From NCBI RefSeq assembly GCF_964355755.1, contig NC_092679.1, positions 4,060,201-4,124,200 on the forward strand: a DNA stretch of 64,000 nt. The letters run 5' to 3'. The stretch's first letter is position 1, and each line of letters begins with the position of its first letter. The translations under genes and the position numbers were made by a program. The notes below the pieces were generated by a model. That model had not been told where the DNA came from. It was given only the letters and a program-made list of their open reading frames with translations, and did not search any database. This DNA comes from Antedon mediterranea (lineage: Eukaryota; Animalia; Echinodermata). Below, piece after piece: positions 53,361-64,000 of the stretch.

Positions 53361-55077
53361 AATAATGTGATTGTCTGACTTTTTGTGAAATATGCAATTT
53401 CAGAGCGGCAATGTACTACAGAGTGGCGTTTAGTAATTTCTTCTCAGCTTAAATACAATTATGAAGCAAAAAAAAAAGAATTTATCACGTGATTTTGAAA
53501 ATTATTTTATTTAAGTACTTCCCGTTACGGCTGTTTATTTACCGGTGTTTAAACCTCATCATACATATATAAACTAATAAGTAGATTTATTTGGTTTTTC
53601 CGTATACATATCCATATTTGGGTTACATAAGGTGTACCACATGGTTGAGAATATATAAATAATCAGAAGATGCACACAAAGAGGCATGTAAAGCTTTTAC
53701 ATCAAAGAATATCTAAACAAATATTAATAATAATCTTCGGATGATAGATTTTGATCTCGGTAACACAAATAATGATACAGCTTCAACATTTAAAAAAAGG
53801 TGAAACAGTTCAAACTTTATCGGAAAAAAAAGTGCGCGTCCTCCTGGCCTTGGGGATTTATGAAACGCTTAAAATGCTCTGAGTTTCGACTATTCTAAAG
53901 AATTTAAGGTACCTTCGAGGTCTGAAGAGGATAGGAATTTAAGGTACGTTAGCTGATTGTGCGGCGTAAAAAAAAATTTAATTAATTTTATTAAATCGAG
54001 CGGTGATCACGTAATTTTTCATATTGCGCGCCGTGCGAAAAGCTTGTTAGATTCCTGGCCATAACAAATATACGCTCATAATTTGGCACAGATACGACCT
54101 CCCAATATTCGACCCTCACTGAGAAGCAACACTGTTGTTATTTCTGTATTTGTACTAAAATTCAATTTTAGGTGTTTCTTCCTGTTCCTGTATTTCAAAA
54201 GTTCAAATCTCTGTATTTGTCTCATTTAGTAGGTAGTTAAAAGTTTCAATATTGGTCATCTCAGGTCATTTCAATAAATGTATCTTTATTCATCCCTCAT
54301 TGGACAACTAAAATATAAATTACGAATTTGTAAGTTTTGTGTTGGAGAGACACACCTTACCGGTGACAGCGTTTTTTTCAATGCCTTTGTCTCTCCTCGG
54401 CTTCGTGTCTTGTACTTCATATATATATTTCTATGTTTAGTAGTTATTATTTCATGTTTATTGCCGAAATGAATAAAATAAAAATAAAATAAAATAAATA
54501 TACAATTTATGGAGTATTTGCACAAAATTTTGATTACCCCGATTTATGGTGTACTTGCACAAAAGTCAATATTTTATTTGATAGTCATTTATTGGATACA
54601 GTATTTGCAAAATCAATATATATTACACTGGCACTGCCTATAGTATTATTATGGGCGTATACTGTGCTAAATGTGAATTGTTGTTTCCCCTCACAAAGAT
54701 ATGTTTTGAGTATTTAATTAAAAGGTTACAAAGTGTCATGGTAATTCCCGTTTTGTCGTTTATATGAGTTGAAAACGTTAAAGATGGAAAGTTTGTAAAA
54801 AGTGCAACAATTTAGGTAATTCCCCCATTTAGTTTTATAAAAAAGTAAAATAATTGTTCTTTCCCAAAAAATTGAAACGAAAAATTATTATTATTATAGG
54901 GAAACACGACTGTTGTGTTTTTGTGTGTTTGTACGATATTTGATTCTGGTTGACTTATATAAGGTATATACCTTGCTGGAAAATACCAACGATGTTTTGT
55001 ATTAGTTTATTTACTGTCGCGGTTAGCATACTGTCGATTTCGTCTCTGCAATATAAATAAGTCGGTATTACAGTATG

Positions 55078-55293
55078 CTTACTCAATCTTGGGCGTAACC
55101 ATTTAATTTCTGCACTTTAAAGATGTTAGCCAAGTATTTTCGGACCTGAATATGAAATCGCTGTCGCTTTGTCAGATTATATTTGGTATTCGCCATTCAT
55201 ATTTCCGATTACTAATTTGTGTGGTTGTTGCAGCCATCTTTATGGACTTGAAATATTTAGTTGAAAATACTAGTAAATATAGGTTTAACTTAA
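55078..55293 (-). pseudogene. Decayed copy of calpain-like exon 1 with its 5' flank
   Basis: Aligns by eye to 30561-30815 (TCTTGGGCGTA.CCATTT.ATTTCTG, GTTAGCCAAGTATTTTC, GCAGCCATCTT, TACTAGTAAATA...TAGGTTTAACT), with deletions. Confidence 0.8.
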
Positions 55294-55644
55294 CACTGGG
55301 ATGCACTCAAACATATAGCTACAAATACCGAAGAGACACCTACATTGCCGCACCAGCCTAACCGTTATTTCTCATGGGCCAAAACTGTTGAACTTTTTTC
55401 CTGTTTTCCTGAACTGCAATTACTGTAAATAATTTTAAAATAAGAATTCCGTTCCCTTTGTAAATAATTATTAATTTGACATCACAAGCTTTTAGCTGAA
55501 AACTAACATGTAGTAGAACTTCTACCATGATCAGTGATACTAAACTGATTAGTTAGAAATAGTCTGCGTCTGTAGGAATTGTAATAGTGATGGTATTATA
55601 TCTATATTATAACGAGCTTGGATAAACAATGAATCTGAATCTAC

Positions 55645-55860
55645 TGCCTCTCCGCTGAAAATTCAGCTTCGTATATCTCTTATACCAGTTTTGTCCAATC
55701 GGATCTTTCGTTTGCTAGTTGTTTAAGTTGTTTGATGTTTTTCTTGGTTTTTAATTGTCCGGGATACTTGATGTTTGTGTTCTGCTTATAAATGGTGATA
55801 GGTCGTTACTGAGAGTTATTGGTTCTCGGTCTTCCTCAAAATTTTATATTCGTAATGTTG
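55645..55860 (-). mobile_element. 3' fragment of a non-LTR retrotransposon (RTE-like)
   Basis: Broken frames read RGRPR...ITLSNDL...LKTKKNIKQLKQLANERSDWTKLV, resembling the RGRP...LA.DR..W C-terminus of RTE-type ORFs. Confidence 0.45.
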
Positions 55861-57036
55861 CTGAAATAATAGCTTAATGCTGTGTTAGCTGGTGTACATG
55901 GGTCAAGTTAAAAGTTCAATTGTAAGAATATCATTATTTAGGCCTGTCGTAAAAATATAATTCATTTAATTCATTGACTGTTTTTAGATACAGAACGACA
56001 AAATGCCACTGAACAAGTTCTCAAAATTGGCAGTGGACGTGCCAGTCGACTTGCGCATGCACATACCATAACAATGACGTCATAGTGTCAGTCGACATAG
56101 TGGACGTGCAAATAGAAATTAATAAAAATAATATAAACAGGGTTGTTGACCTTGCTTTCAAAATTCATTGGAGCTTGGTTTACGCATCGACGGATGTGCG
56201 GATGATACAGATCGCGTCCTGATTGGTCAAATTACTTACGGCGCACATACATTATTATTTGTGTGAGGTTAGCAAAACAATCATGTAAGCTCTGTCTACA
56301 CTATCAAACTTTATGTGACAAAACAATTTTATATGCCTATATTTAGACACAGTGATGTCACGTCAGTACCACATTTGGGCACATCACATCATAGTGTTGA
56401 CTGTTGACAGAGCTTTAGAAATCTAAGTAAAAACATCTTAAACAAGAGTGAGTATATATTTTATTTATATTTCAAACATTTATATAATTAAAATCATTAC
56501 AATATTATATATTCTATTATTACCTTTTAGATATTTGATTTCTATTATTTCCCGTACTAAATACACAACGTTTTTAACAGAGATCATGCCTAATTCCGAA
56601 ATTCGGGAATATGCCGAGCAGATTGGTAAACATTAAGCATGCGCTGATATTACTCTTTATACGCTCTATTTCTTCTAGTTTGTGTGAAATATGTAGCTAT
56701 ATCGCTCATTCAAAACCACATTTAGTAGACGGAGTAAGTACAGGAATTTTGTTTATATCAAAAACACAATATTATTATATTCTACAGCAAGGTACTATCT
56801 ATTATGCCAATAGTATACGTATATGTAAATGTGAATGATTATTAGTGTATACTCATAACTATAGTATAAATCTAAAAGGTCATACAGTAATTATATTTTG
56901 GTTTATGAAAATGTGTACGCGGAGTACTATAAGGCAGAGAAACGAAATATATTATCAAGATAATAATTTAAATTTCTGAAGTTTTCACTTGATTGGATAT
57001 TGTCAATGCATTCTATGGTTTCTGTATCTTCTTCAC

Positions 57037-57381
57037 CTACCACGCACGTTTCCGGATCATCGTCTCATCTAGGTCATTCTTATCGTTTACTATGGAAACA
57101 AAATGGCAGAATAATAGCAATATTGTCCGGTTTTAGTTTTCAGAAGTATATTCTGTTTTATTATTTAATATATATATATTTTTCTGGCTGTTTTACTTTG
57201 TCGTTTTGATTTACCTTTTTGTTTATTTTTTTTTTGTATCTCCATTGAGATCCAGCCACTGATACCCACAGCATTGTCATTTTTTCAGTGCTTATTTTTT
57301 TTGTATCTGCATTGAGATCCTGCCACTGATACCCACAGCATTGTCATTTCTCAGTAATTTGCCTTTTAGATATATAGATAT

Positions 57382-57475
<94 letters not shown>

Positions 57476-59905
57476 AATCAAGATCAAATAAGTTAAAACT
57501 GCCTCAATATAGATTTATTTTAACGACATGTTTCGGGCATAGCCCATCATCAGGTGAAAAGAATTGTAACAAAGGATAACATATATAAGTCACAAAATTA
57601 CATAATAAAACAAATCAACGAATCAAAGATGTTAACAAACAAAAGGCATAGTTATAAAGGCACGCCTCCAAAAGCTATGGTGTACAAAGCAGGAATGGTT
57701 GCTTATAAAGCAGGAAATTTAAAACAAAGACAAAAGCTTCAAGTGTAAATAATTGTTAATATGTGAATGTCTCTGGCAAAATTAATGTTTAAAGGATCTA
57801 AATTGTACATTTATGCCGGTAGGGGCAAGAGTGCCAAGCTTTACAATTATTCTTTCTTCTATAATTCTACGAGATGTCTCAGAACCATTACATACTTTAA
57901 CACCAGAAATAGTAATATCCGAAAGGGAATGCTCATTATTACAAAAATGGGTGGCTACAGGTAATCCGGGAGTCTTTAGTTTAATAGACCTTAAAAATAC
58001 CTAAAATACACAAGACTAACAGTCCTGGTAGACCTATTGTTTCCGCTTGTAACGCGCCTACAGTTGTTATTAGCGAGTTCTTGGATGGAATCTTGAAGCC
58101 AATTGTACAAAATTTGCCAACCTACATCAAAGATAGCAAAGAAGCTGTAGTTTTGTTTAAAGATTATACATTTTCATCTGAGAGTGCTTATCTTTTTACA
58201 ATGGATGTTACGGCCTTATACACATCAATTCCTATTCAAGATGGACTTAGCGCAATGAGACATTTTATTGAACTAGATAATTCAATTAAATATCCCGCAT
58301 CGACAATACTACGTCTCGCTGAACTTGTACCTAATACTACAGCCTTCAACTTCAATGGAAAGTTTTTTCGGCAAGTTTCTGGGATAAGCATGGGTACAAA
58401 AATGGGACCTAACTTTGCTTGCCTCTTTATGGGGTATTTTGAGCAGAATGTGTTACGAGATTATAAGGGAAAGAAACCAGATTTATTCAAACGGTATATT
58501 GATGATTGTGTTGGTGTTATGTCGGGAACTTTAGATGAACTTAATGAGTTCATTAACTTTGTGAACAATTTTCATCCTGCTATAAAGTTTACTCATGAAA
58601 TTTCTGACAAGTGTGTGCCTTTCCTTGATATTAGTTTATCTATTGATAAACCTGGTCTTTCTACATCCGTCCACTACAAAGATACTGACGCGCACACTTA
58701 TCTAAATTACAACTCTTCGCATCCTCCAGCTTGTAAGAATGCTATACCGTATTCGCAACTTGTTAGACTTCGACGTTTATGTAGCGATGATGATGACTTT
58801 AACATCAAAGCATCTGAGATGATCGATTTTTTCAATGCACGCGAATATCCATCTGACATTACTGTGAAATCTCTAAGAAAAGTTTGCCAGTTAACGCACG
58901 AGGACACATTGCAACCTACACATAATACAAATGCTTGTGACCGCATACCTCTAGTCCTCACGTATCATCCTATGAATAAGAAGGTTATTAACATTGTTCG
59001 CGATAACTTTTCAATTTTGACTGAAGATAAATCCGCTACAAAAGATATTTTTCAAGAACCACCCATGATAGCTTACAGACGTGATCAAAGCATTAAAGAC
59101 ACTTTAGTTAAATCTAAATTACAAAACAAAGGTAATGAATCAATTGGAACATTCAAATGTAATAGAAATAGATGTTCGACATGTAATTACGTTTCATGTT
59201 CAAACCAAATAGTAGGACCTTCTGGTAATTATGTGATCACAGATCGTATTACGTGCACCACTAGAAATCTAGTTTATTGTATTTCGTGTACTAAATGTAA
59301 TATGCTTTATATTGGTGAAACTAAACGCAGGTTAGGTGATAGGTTTGTAGAACATTTAAGGTCTATTAAACTAAAGACTCCCGGATTACCTGTAGCCACC
59401 CATTTTTGTAATAATGAGCATTCCCTTTCGGATATTACTATTTCTGGTGTTAAAGTATGTAATGGTTCTGAGACATCTCGTAGAATTATAGAAGAAAGAA
59501 TAATTGTAAAGCTTGGCACTCTTGCCCCTACCGGCATAAATGTACAATTTAGATCCTTTAAACATTAATTTTGCCAGAGACATTCACATATTAACAATTA
59601 TTTACACTTGAAGCTTTTGTCTTTGTTTTAAATTTCCTGCTTTATAAGCAACCATTCCTGCTTTGTACACCATAGCTTTTGGAGGCGTGCCTTTATAACT
59701 ATGCCTTTTGTTTGTTAACATCTTTGATTGGTTGATTTGTTTTATTATGTAATTTTGTGACTTATATATGTTATCCTTTGTTACAATTCTTTTCACCTGA
59801 TGATGGGCTATGCCCGAAACATGTCGTTAAAATAAATCTATATTGAGGCAGTTTTAACTTATTTGATCTTGATTTTTTTCTATATCCTGCCTATGCAGCT
59901 CTTTG

Positions 59906-59951
<46 letters not shown>

Positions 59952-62900
59952 GTGTGTGTGTGTTGTATGATTAGCGGAATCACTTACCTCTATTTATCTT
60001 AATTTTTCTGTGTATGAATAATACTATGAATACCAAGATCAATACAACACATCCTCCACAAACACCGATGATATAAGCCAAATTACTTTCCTTAAAACAA
60101 TTAAAAAGAATATAATGAAGTAATTGTTATTGTTACAAGCAATACTTTGATTCCAAAACGCTAAAAACTATTATCTTTTATATATGCCTATATTTCCAAT
60201 ATAGTAAACGTTGGGGTATAATGTTTAACATAAGTCTGTAACAATTATTTAATTAATTCCTGGAATAACTGTATTTTAATTTCTATCGTATTTATAATTT
60301 CTCAGTTGAAACTGTGCTATTGATTAGCGATCAAAAAGTTTGACAAACAGCAAAATGTGATAAAATGGAATTATTAAAGTACATACTATGAATTCTATAA
60401 TGTTTAACTCCTCTTTGGATTGTGGTGTACTGGAAGAAACTTCAGATAGATAAAGATAAGAATTAATATACATATGCATTTTAAAGTTGTTTGGATACAC
60501 TTTGGTATAACAAAGTTGAGAATCATGTTGACATGTTCTACAAACAATTATTATTTAAACGTGAATATTTCATTGTTATTTTTGCATTCTAAATAGCACA
60601 ACCGATGCCACAAACTATCTTGTTTTCTATGAAATTTTCTAAATTGAGATTAATATACAAACAACGTAGGAGTATTGAAACGGGTGTACTACTACTAAAC
60701 TACTATCAGAACAAATATACTTCTGTAACAAGCCTAATAATGAATTAATTTGTTTGTAATAGTCTTATTTTTGAACTTACGAGGAATGTCACTGCAAATC
60801 CTTGATCCAATATCAGCTTCGGTATAGCCATCACACTTCAGACATTCCGTCTGTCCTCTCTTAGGCTGGTAAAATCCGTGTGCACATTGCTCACACACTG
60901 CATCCTTTCCACGATACGATCCAGGAGGACAGTTTACTAAAGAATATATACGCACAATATTTGTCATATATTGAAGATACCAGTAATACTTACAATTACG
61001 TGAAATGGGATTTAGATAGATACAGAACAGTAATCAGAGGTACATCCTGTCATAGCGTATATTGATTTAGGCCAAACTTACAGCAATGTCTTGATCCAAC
61101 GTCACTATTAATATAACCATCACATTTCAGACATTCTGTTTGTCCTTCTTTGGGCTGGTAAAAACCTACTGGACATTGCTGACAGACGGCAGGCAAGTTA
61201 TTATTTCCACGATACGATCCGGGAGGACAGTTTACTAAAGTAAACAAAGGAAATGCCATTGGTGTTTTTCCCTTTCAAAATATAGATCAAATCAGAAATA
61301 CAGAATAATATGTACAGAACGCAAACAGGCAAGCGATCAGAAACATTAAAGTCCCATTTTTTAGATCTAATTTAAGGTCACAAACTACATTTAATGTGAA
61401 AATAAATAATATGGTACTATTGCGATAACTGTTTTCGTTTTTAAACTGTTAAAAGTGTGAAAAATAAGTCGATTCTAATAATTTAAGCGGTCCGCTATAA
61501 ATCGCAACATGCATTTATATTAAGTTTTCGACCGACTGACGACCCACTTTCGATTGATCGGTAAGGCCAAAACAATGAAGAATAGTAACTTGTCAGCGAA
61601 AATACCGGGTTTTCCCCAATTTGTATAGCTAGCACACGATGTTCGTACGTTACCGATGTTTACCAGCTAGGCCTACAAAACTAAACCTAGCTAGGCTAGG
61701 GACTAAGACTGTCCACGAGAGGACAATCGATTCGTGCATTGTTTCTATTTTTATCATAATTTACCATAAAACGTACAATTAAACAAGAAATGACCTGGTT
61801 GAATGTTTTTTAAATAATATATATGCATTACAACAATTGTAGGGAACGGGTCAAGTAAACTAAAAGATAAAGAACAACTCACCACAAATGTATCCATCGG
61901 CGTGCGCGTATTGATTGTTGGGACATATTGGACCATTTAAACCCGAATTGAAGCCTGTCACTTCAAACACTTCACCTTGATGTTCAAATAGTTCACCTGG
62001 ACTCAGCAAGTTCTGAAGTTGCACAACTTTGTCAAGGATATCGTCAATCTTATCTTTTACCCGTTGCGCCGAATCCTGACGACTTGCTGTTACAATATCA
62101 ATAGATGATGCAGAAGTACTTTTTATTTCGAATGTTATCTTTTTGAGAAATGTTTTCTCTTGTGGATTGGACTCCTGATAGTTGATACGTTTTACTTCAG
62201 GGTCATCATTACTAATGACATTTGTAATAGTATCTTCCAAAGATGCGTTTGGTGACTTGGAAAAGTCTTCTCGATAAAGGTCTATAGTTATATTGTTGGA
62301 GTATTCCGGCATCGATATTTTAAGAATGTGAAGTCTAGCAGCATTTGAAAGCACTCGTCCGTGTTCGTTCCATGCTTTGCACGTATACCATCCATCGTGG
62401 GTAAAATCTGGGCTTAATATCTCAATACTCGAACTATTTTGCCCTTGGATGGATTCCATATCTGATGACAACGACTTCTGAAAATACCATTGATAGTCTG
62501 CTAGTGGCTGAGCTGAGGCTTCACAAGTGAAGTATGCACCTTCGATATTGCCATGTTCAATTTCAGTATCTTGAGGATGCTCGTTGATAATAGGAGCGAA
62601 CTCAACTGTGACGTCACATTGTAACGACGACACTGACGTGACTTCATTGGAAGCCTGGCAGATGTAAGTGCCAGAATGAGATGCGTTTGCCTGTTTTATA
62701 TTTATTGTGTTTGAATTAATTCCACTCAGTATTTGACCATTGAACACCCAAGCAAATGTTGGCAAAGGATTTCCAGTTGCTTGACATGCCAGAGAGAAAC
62801 CCTCTCCTTCGACTGCTATTATTGTTGGTTCTGGATGCTGAATGATTGTAGGCGCTTCTAAGCATACATCATTGGAATCTTTGAGAAAAGCAACCTGATC

Positions 62901-64000
62901 TAATACAGATATCGCGCTTATTTCTGCCTCATCAGCACTTGACAAATTACGGTTAATAAATGTTGATACAAATTCATCGAGTACAACAATATCTTCATAA
63001 CTTTCTCTACCTTCAGACAAATACCTTATAGCAATCAATTCAGTCGTTAAACAGTCGTAAAACCCTTGGCAGTCCGTCAGGCCACTGGAGTTATAAGTAT
63101 ACGTGTTCATTACAATTTCCCATTTAGTTACAATATCAGCCTCAAGTAATGATTTTGTGTTGTTTGCTTTCATCTTTGCAGAATCAATAACTTTTGTTAA
63201 AGCATTTTGTTCAACTCCGTCATCTTGATCGACGTCTTCTAAATCATTCATTGTCAGGTTGAAATACAGTAATGCACTGCTATTTACAACACGTGGCGAT
63301 GTTGATGATAGATTGTATAAGTAGTCATTTTGAAACTTCTCTTCATTTTCTAATGCATCAGTATTAGCAGCTTTGCTAATATTTACTATCTCTCGCAGCA
63401 TTTGGAATGAGGTTTCAATAAAACCCAGTATGTCGTTATAGTCTGCGCACCTTTCTTCATTCTGAACGACTCTTTGATCTCTCTGAAGACTGCTGGTAAT
63501 GTTGAGATCTAGTGAGTCATTGGTTAGAGTATAAGATAATGTTTGCATAGGTGGTTGTTCAATTATGATAATAGTATCGCGTTTCTTTCGAAGTCCAATG
63601 TGTCTCGTGTCTCTTCTTCTTCTAATTGATCTTGATACATCACCAAACAGTTCTTCTGTAATGAAGAGTGCAGCATTTTCAATAGTATAATTCAAATTGT
63701 TGACGTCAATGAATACTTGAATCTGTACTGGAGTGGCTGACAGCGTTAAGGAACAGACTATTGGAATGGTAGTGGTGTCTTCTTCAACTAGATCAATGTT
63801 AAATTGTAATTCTTCTAACTTTAAACTGTCTTCGAGCGATCCGTTGATTTGGTGTTGCTTTATGATCAGCCCTGCTTCAACATCGTTACGTATTTTGGTC
63901 AATGCATCTTGAGTATTGTTCAGATTTCTCTGTAGTGCCAACACTCTGTCTGATACTACCTTATGTTTGTTCAATGCATCATCAAGTTCGATTGCAGCTT
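57037..64000 (-). CDS. Receptor paralog B, 3' part; continues beyond the window
   Basis: Large exon 61883->64000 is closely similar to paralog A (ORF 61860-63974). GCC exons ~61082-61234 and ~60781-60935, short exon ~60387-60439, TM exon 59988-60090 (ESNLAYIIGVCGGCVVLILVFIVLFIHRK), tail exon 57037-57089. Confidence 0.8.
57181..57369 (+). mobile_element. Solo pLTR remnant of the PLE1 family
   Basis: Matches 39496-39615 (TTTCTGGCTG...CATTGAGATCCAGCCACTGATACCCACAGCATTGTC), with an internal duplication of about 60 bp. The hammerhead part is missing. Confidence 0.8.
57370..57469. repeat. (TA)n microsatellite flanking PLE2; a second tract lies at ~59909-59962
   Basis: Directly visible. Confidence 0.95.
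57518..57560 (-). ncRNA. Minimal hammerhead ribozyme (inverted pLTR of PLE2)
   Basis: Reverse complement of the 59790-59832 motif. Confidence 0.75.
58081..59568 (+). CDS. PLE reverse transcriptase plus GIY-YIG endonuclease (N-terminally truncated)
   Basis: 495-aa ORF with no stops; the frame continues upstream to the inversion junction. Confidence 0.9.
   Translation: MDGILKPIVQNLPTYIKDSKEAVVLFKDYTFSSESAYLFTMDVTALYTSIPIQDGLSAMRHFIELDNSIKYPASTILRLAELVPNTTAFNFNGKFFRQVSGISMGTKMGPNFACLFMGYFEQNVLRDYKGKKPDLFKRYIDDCVGVMSGTLDELNEFINFVNNFHPAIKFTHEISDKCVPFLDISLSIDKPGLSTSVHYKDTDAHTYLNYNSSHPPACKNAIPYSQLVRLRRLCSDDDDFNIKASEMIDFFNAREYPSDITVKSLRKVCQLTHEDTLQPTHNTNACDRIPLVLTYHPMNKKVINIVRDNFSILTEDKSATKDIFQEPPMIAYRRDQSIKDTLVKSKLQNKGNESIGTFKCNRNRCSTCNYVSCSNQIVGPSGNYVITDRITCTTRNLVYCISCTKCNMLYIGETKRRLGDRFVEHLRSIKLKTPGLPVATHFCNNEHSLSDITISGVKVCNGSETSRRIIEERIIVKLGTLAPTGINVQFRSFKH
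59790..59832 (+). ncRNA. Minimal hammerhead ribozyme (3' pLTR of PLE2)
   Basis: TTTTCAC-CTGATGA-TGGGC-TAT-GCCC-GAAA-CATG-TC-GTTAAAA. Palindromic ACATGT stem III; stem I with one mismatch; predicted cleavage after C59825. Confidence 0.8.

Larger units (their letters stand above)
57470..59908 (+). mobile_element. Penelope-like retroelement 2 (Neptune-like), young, 5'-truncated with an inverted pLTR
   Basis: Open frame from ~57997 (PKIHK...PGRPIVS) to 59568: RT motifs DVTALYT, GISMGT..GP, RYIDD, FLD; linker CNRNRCSTC; GIY-YIG LVYCISC..C...YIGET. 57470-57995 is the near-perfect reverse complement of 59355-59879. Short 3' tail and (TA)n flanks. Confidence 0.95.

Noticed and set aside
57554-58004. 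Three small ORFs duplicated at 59307-59796
   Set aside because: Antisense readings of the PLE2 inverted repeat.
61345-61860. Intron insertion specific to receptor B, starting TTAAAGTCCC (Kolobok-like?)
   Set aside because: No matching right TIR or TTAA end was found.

Overview
AT-rich, intron-rich animal (invertebrate-like) genomic DNA; there is no prokaryotic content. Gene order: (+) 3' part of a Girdin/Daple (CCDC88) gene ending in ...IWYEYGCV*; (-) D-glutamate cyclase-like gene with an intact DUF1445 domain and an eroded C-terminal domain; (-) calpain-like gene that has lost all three catalytic residues; (-) a 5-exon, 229-aa leaderless gene that I read as an IL-1/FGF-type beta-trefoil protein, with NF-kB consensus sites upstream; (-) two tandem paralogs of a large single-pass receptor (signal peptide, EMI, EGF, sushi, Cys-rich/coiled-coil region, furin sites, 2 Ig, 2 GCC, TM). 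One paralog keeps cytoplasmic Tyr motifs and the other has lost them. Mobile DNA is abundant: two Penelope-like (RT+GIY-YIG) retroelements with inverted pLTRs carrying minimal hammerhead ribozymes, a foldback/MULE-type element with a 9-bp TSD nested in one of them, a Helentron-type HINE, many Harbinger-like and Tc1-like MITEs, and a tRNA/SINE-derived minisatellite. The most interesting candidate is a possible innate-immune cluster (IL-1-like cytokine, pseudo-calpain, paired receptors). All gene models were spliced by eye and no database searches were run.
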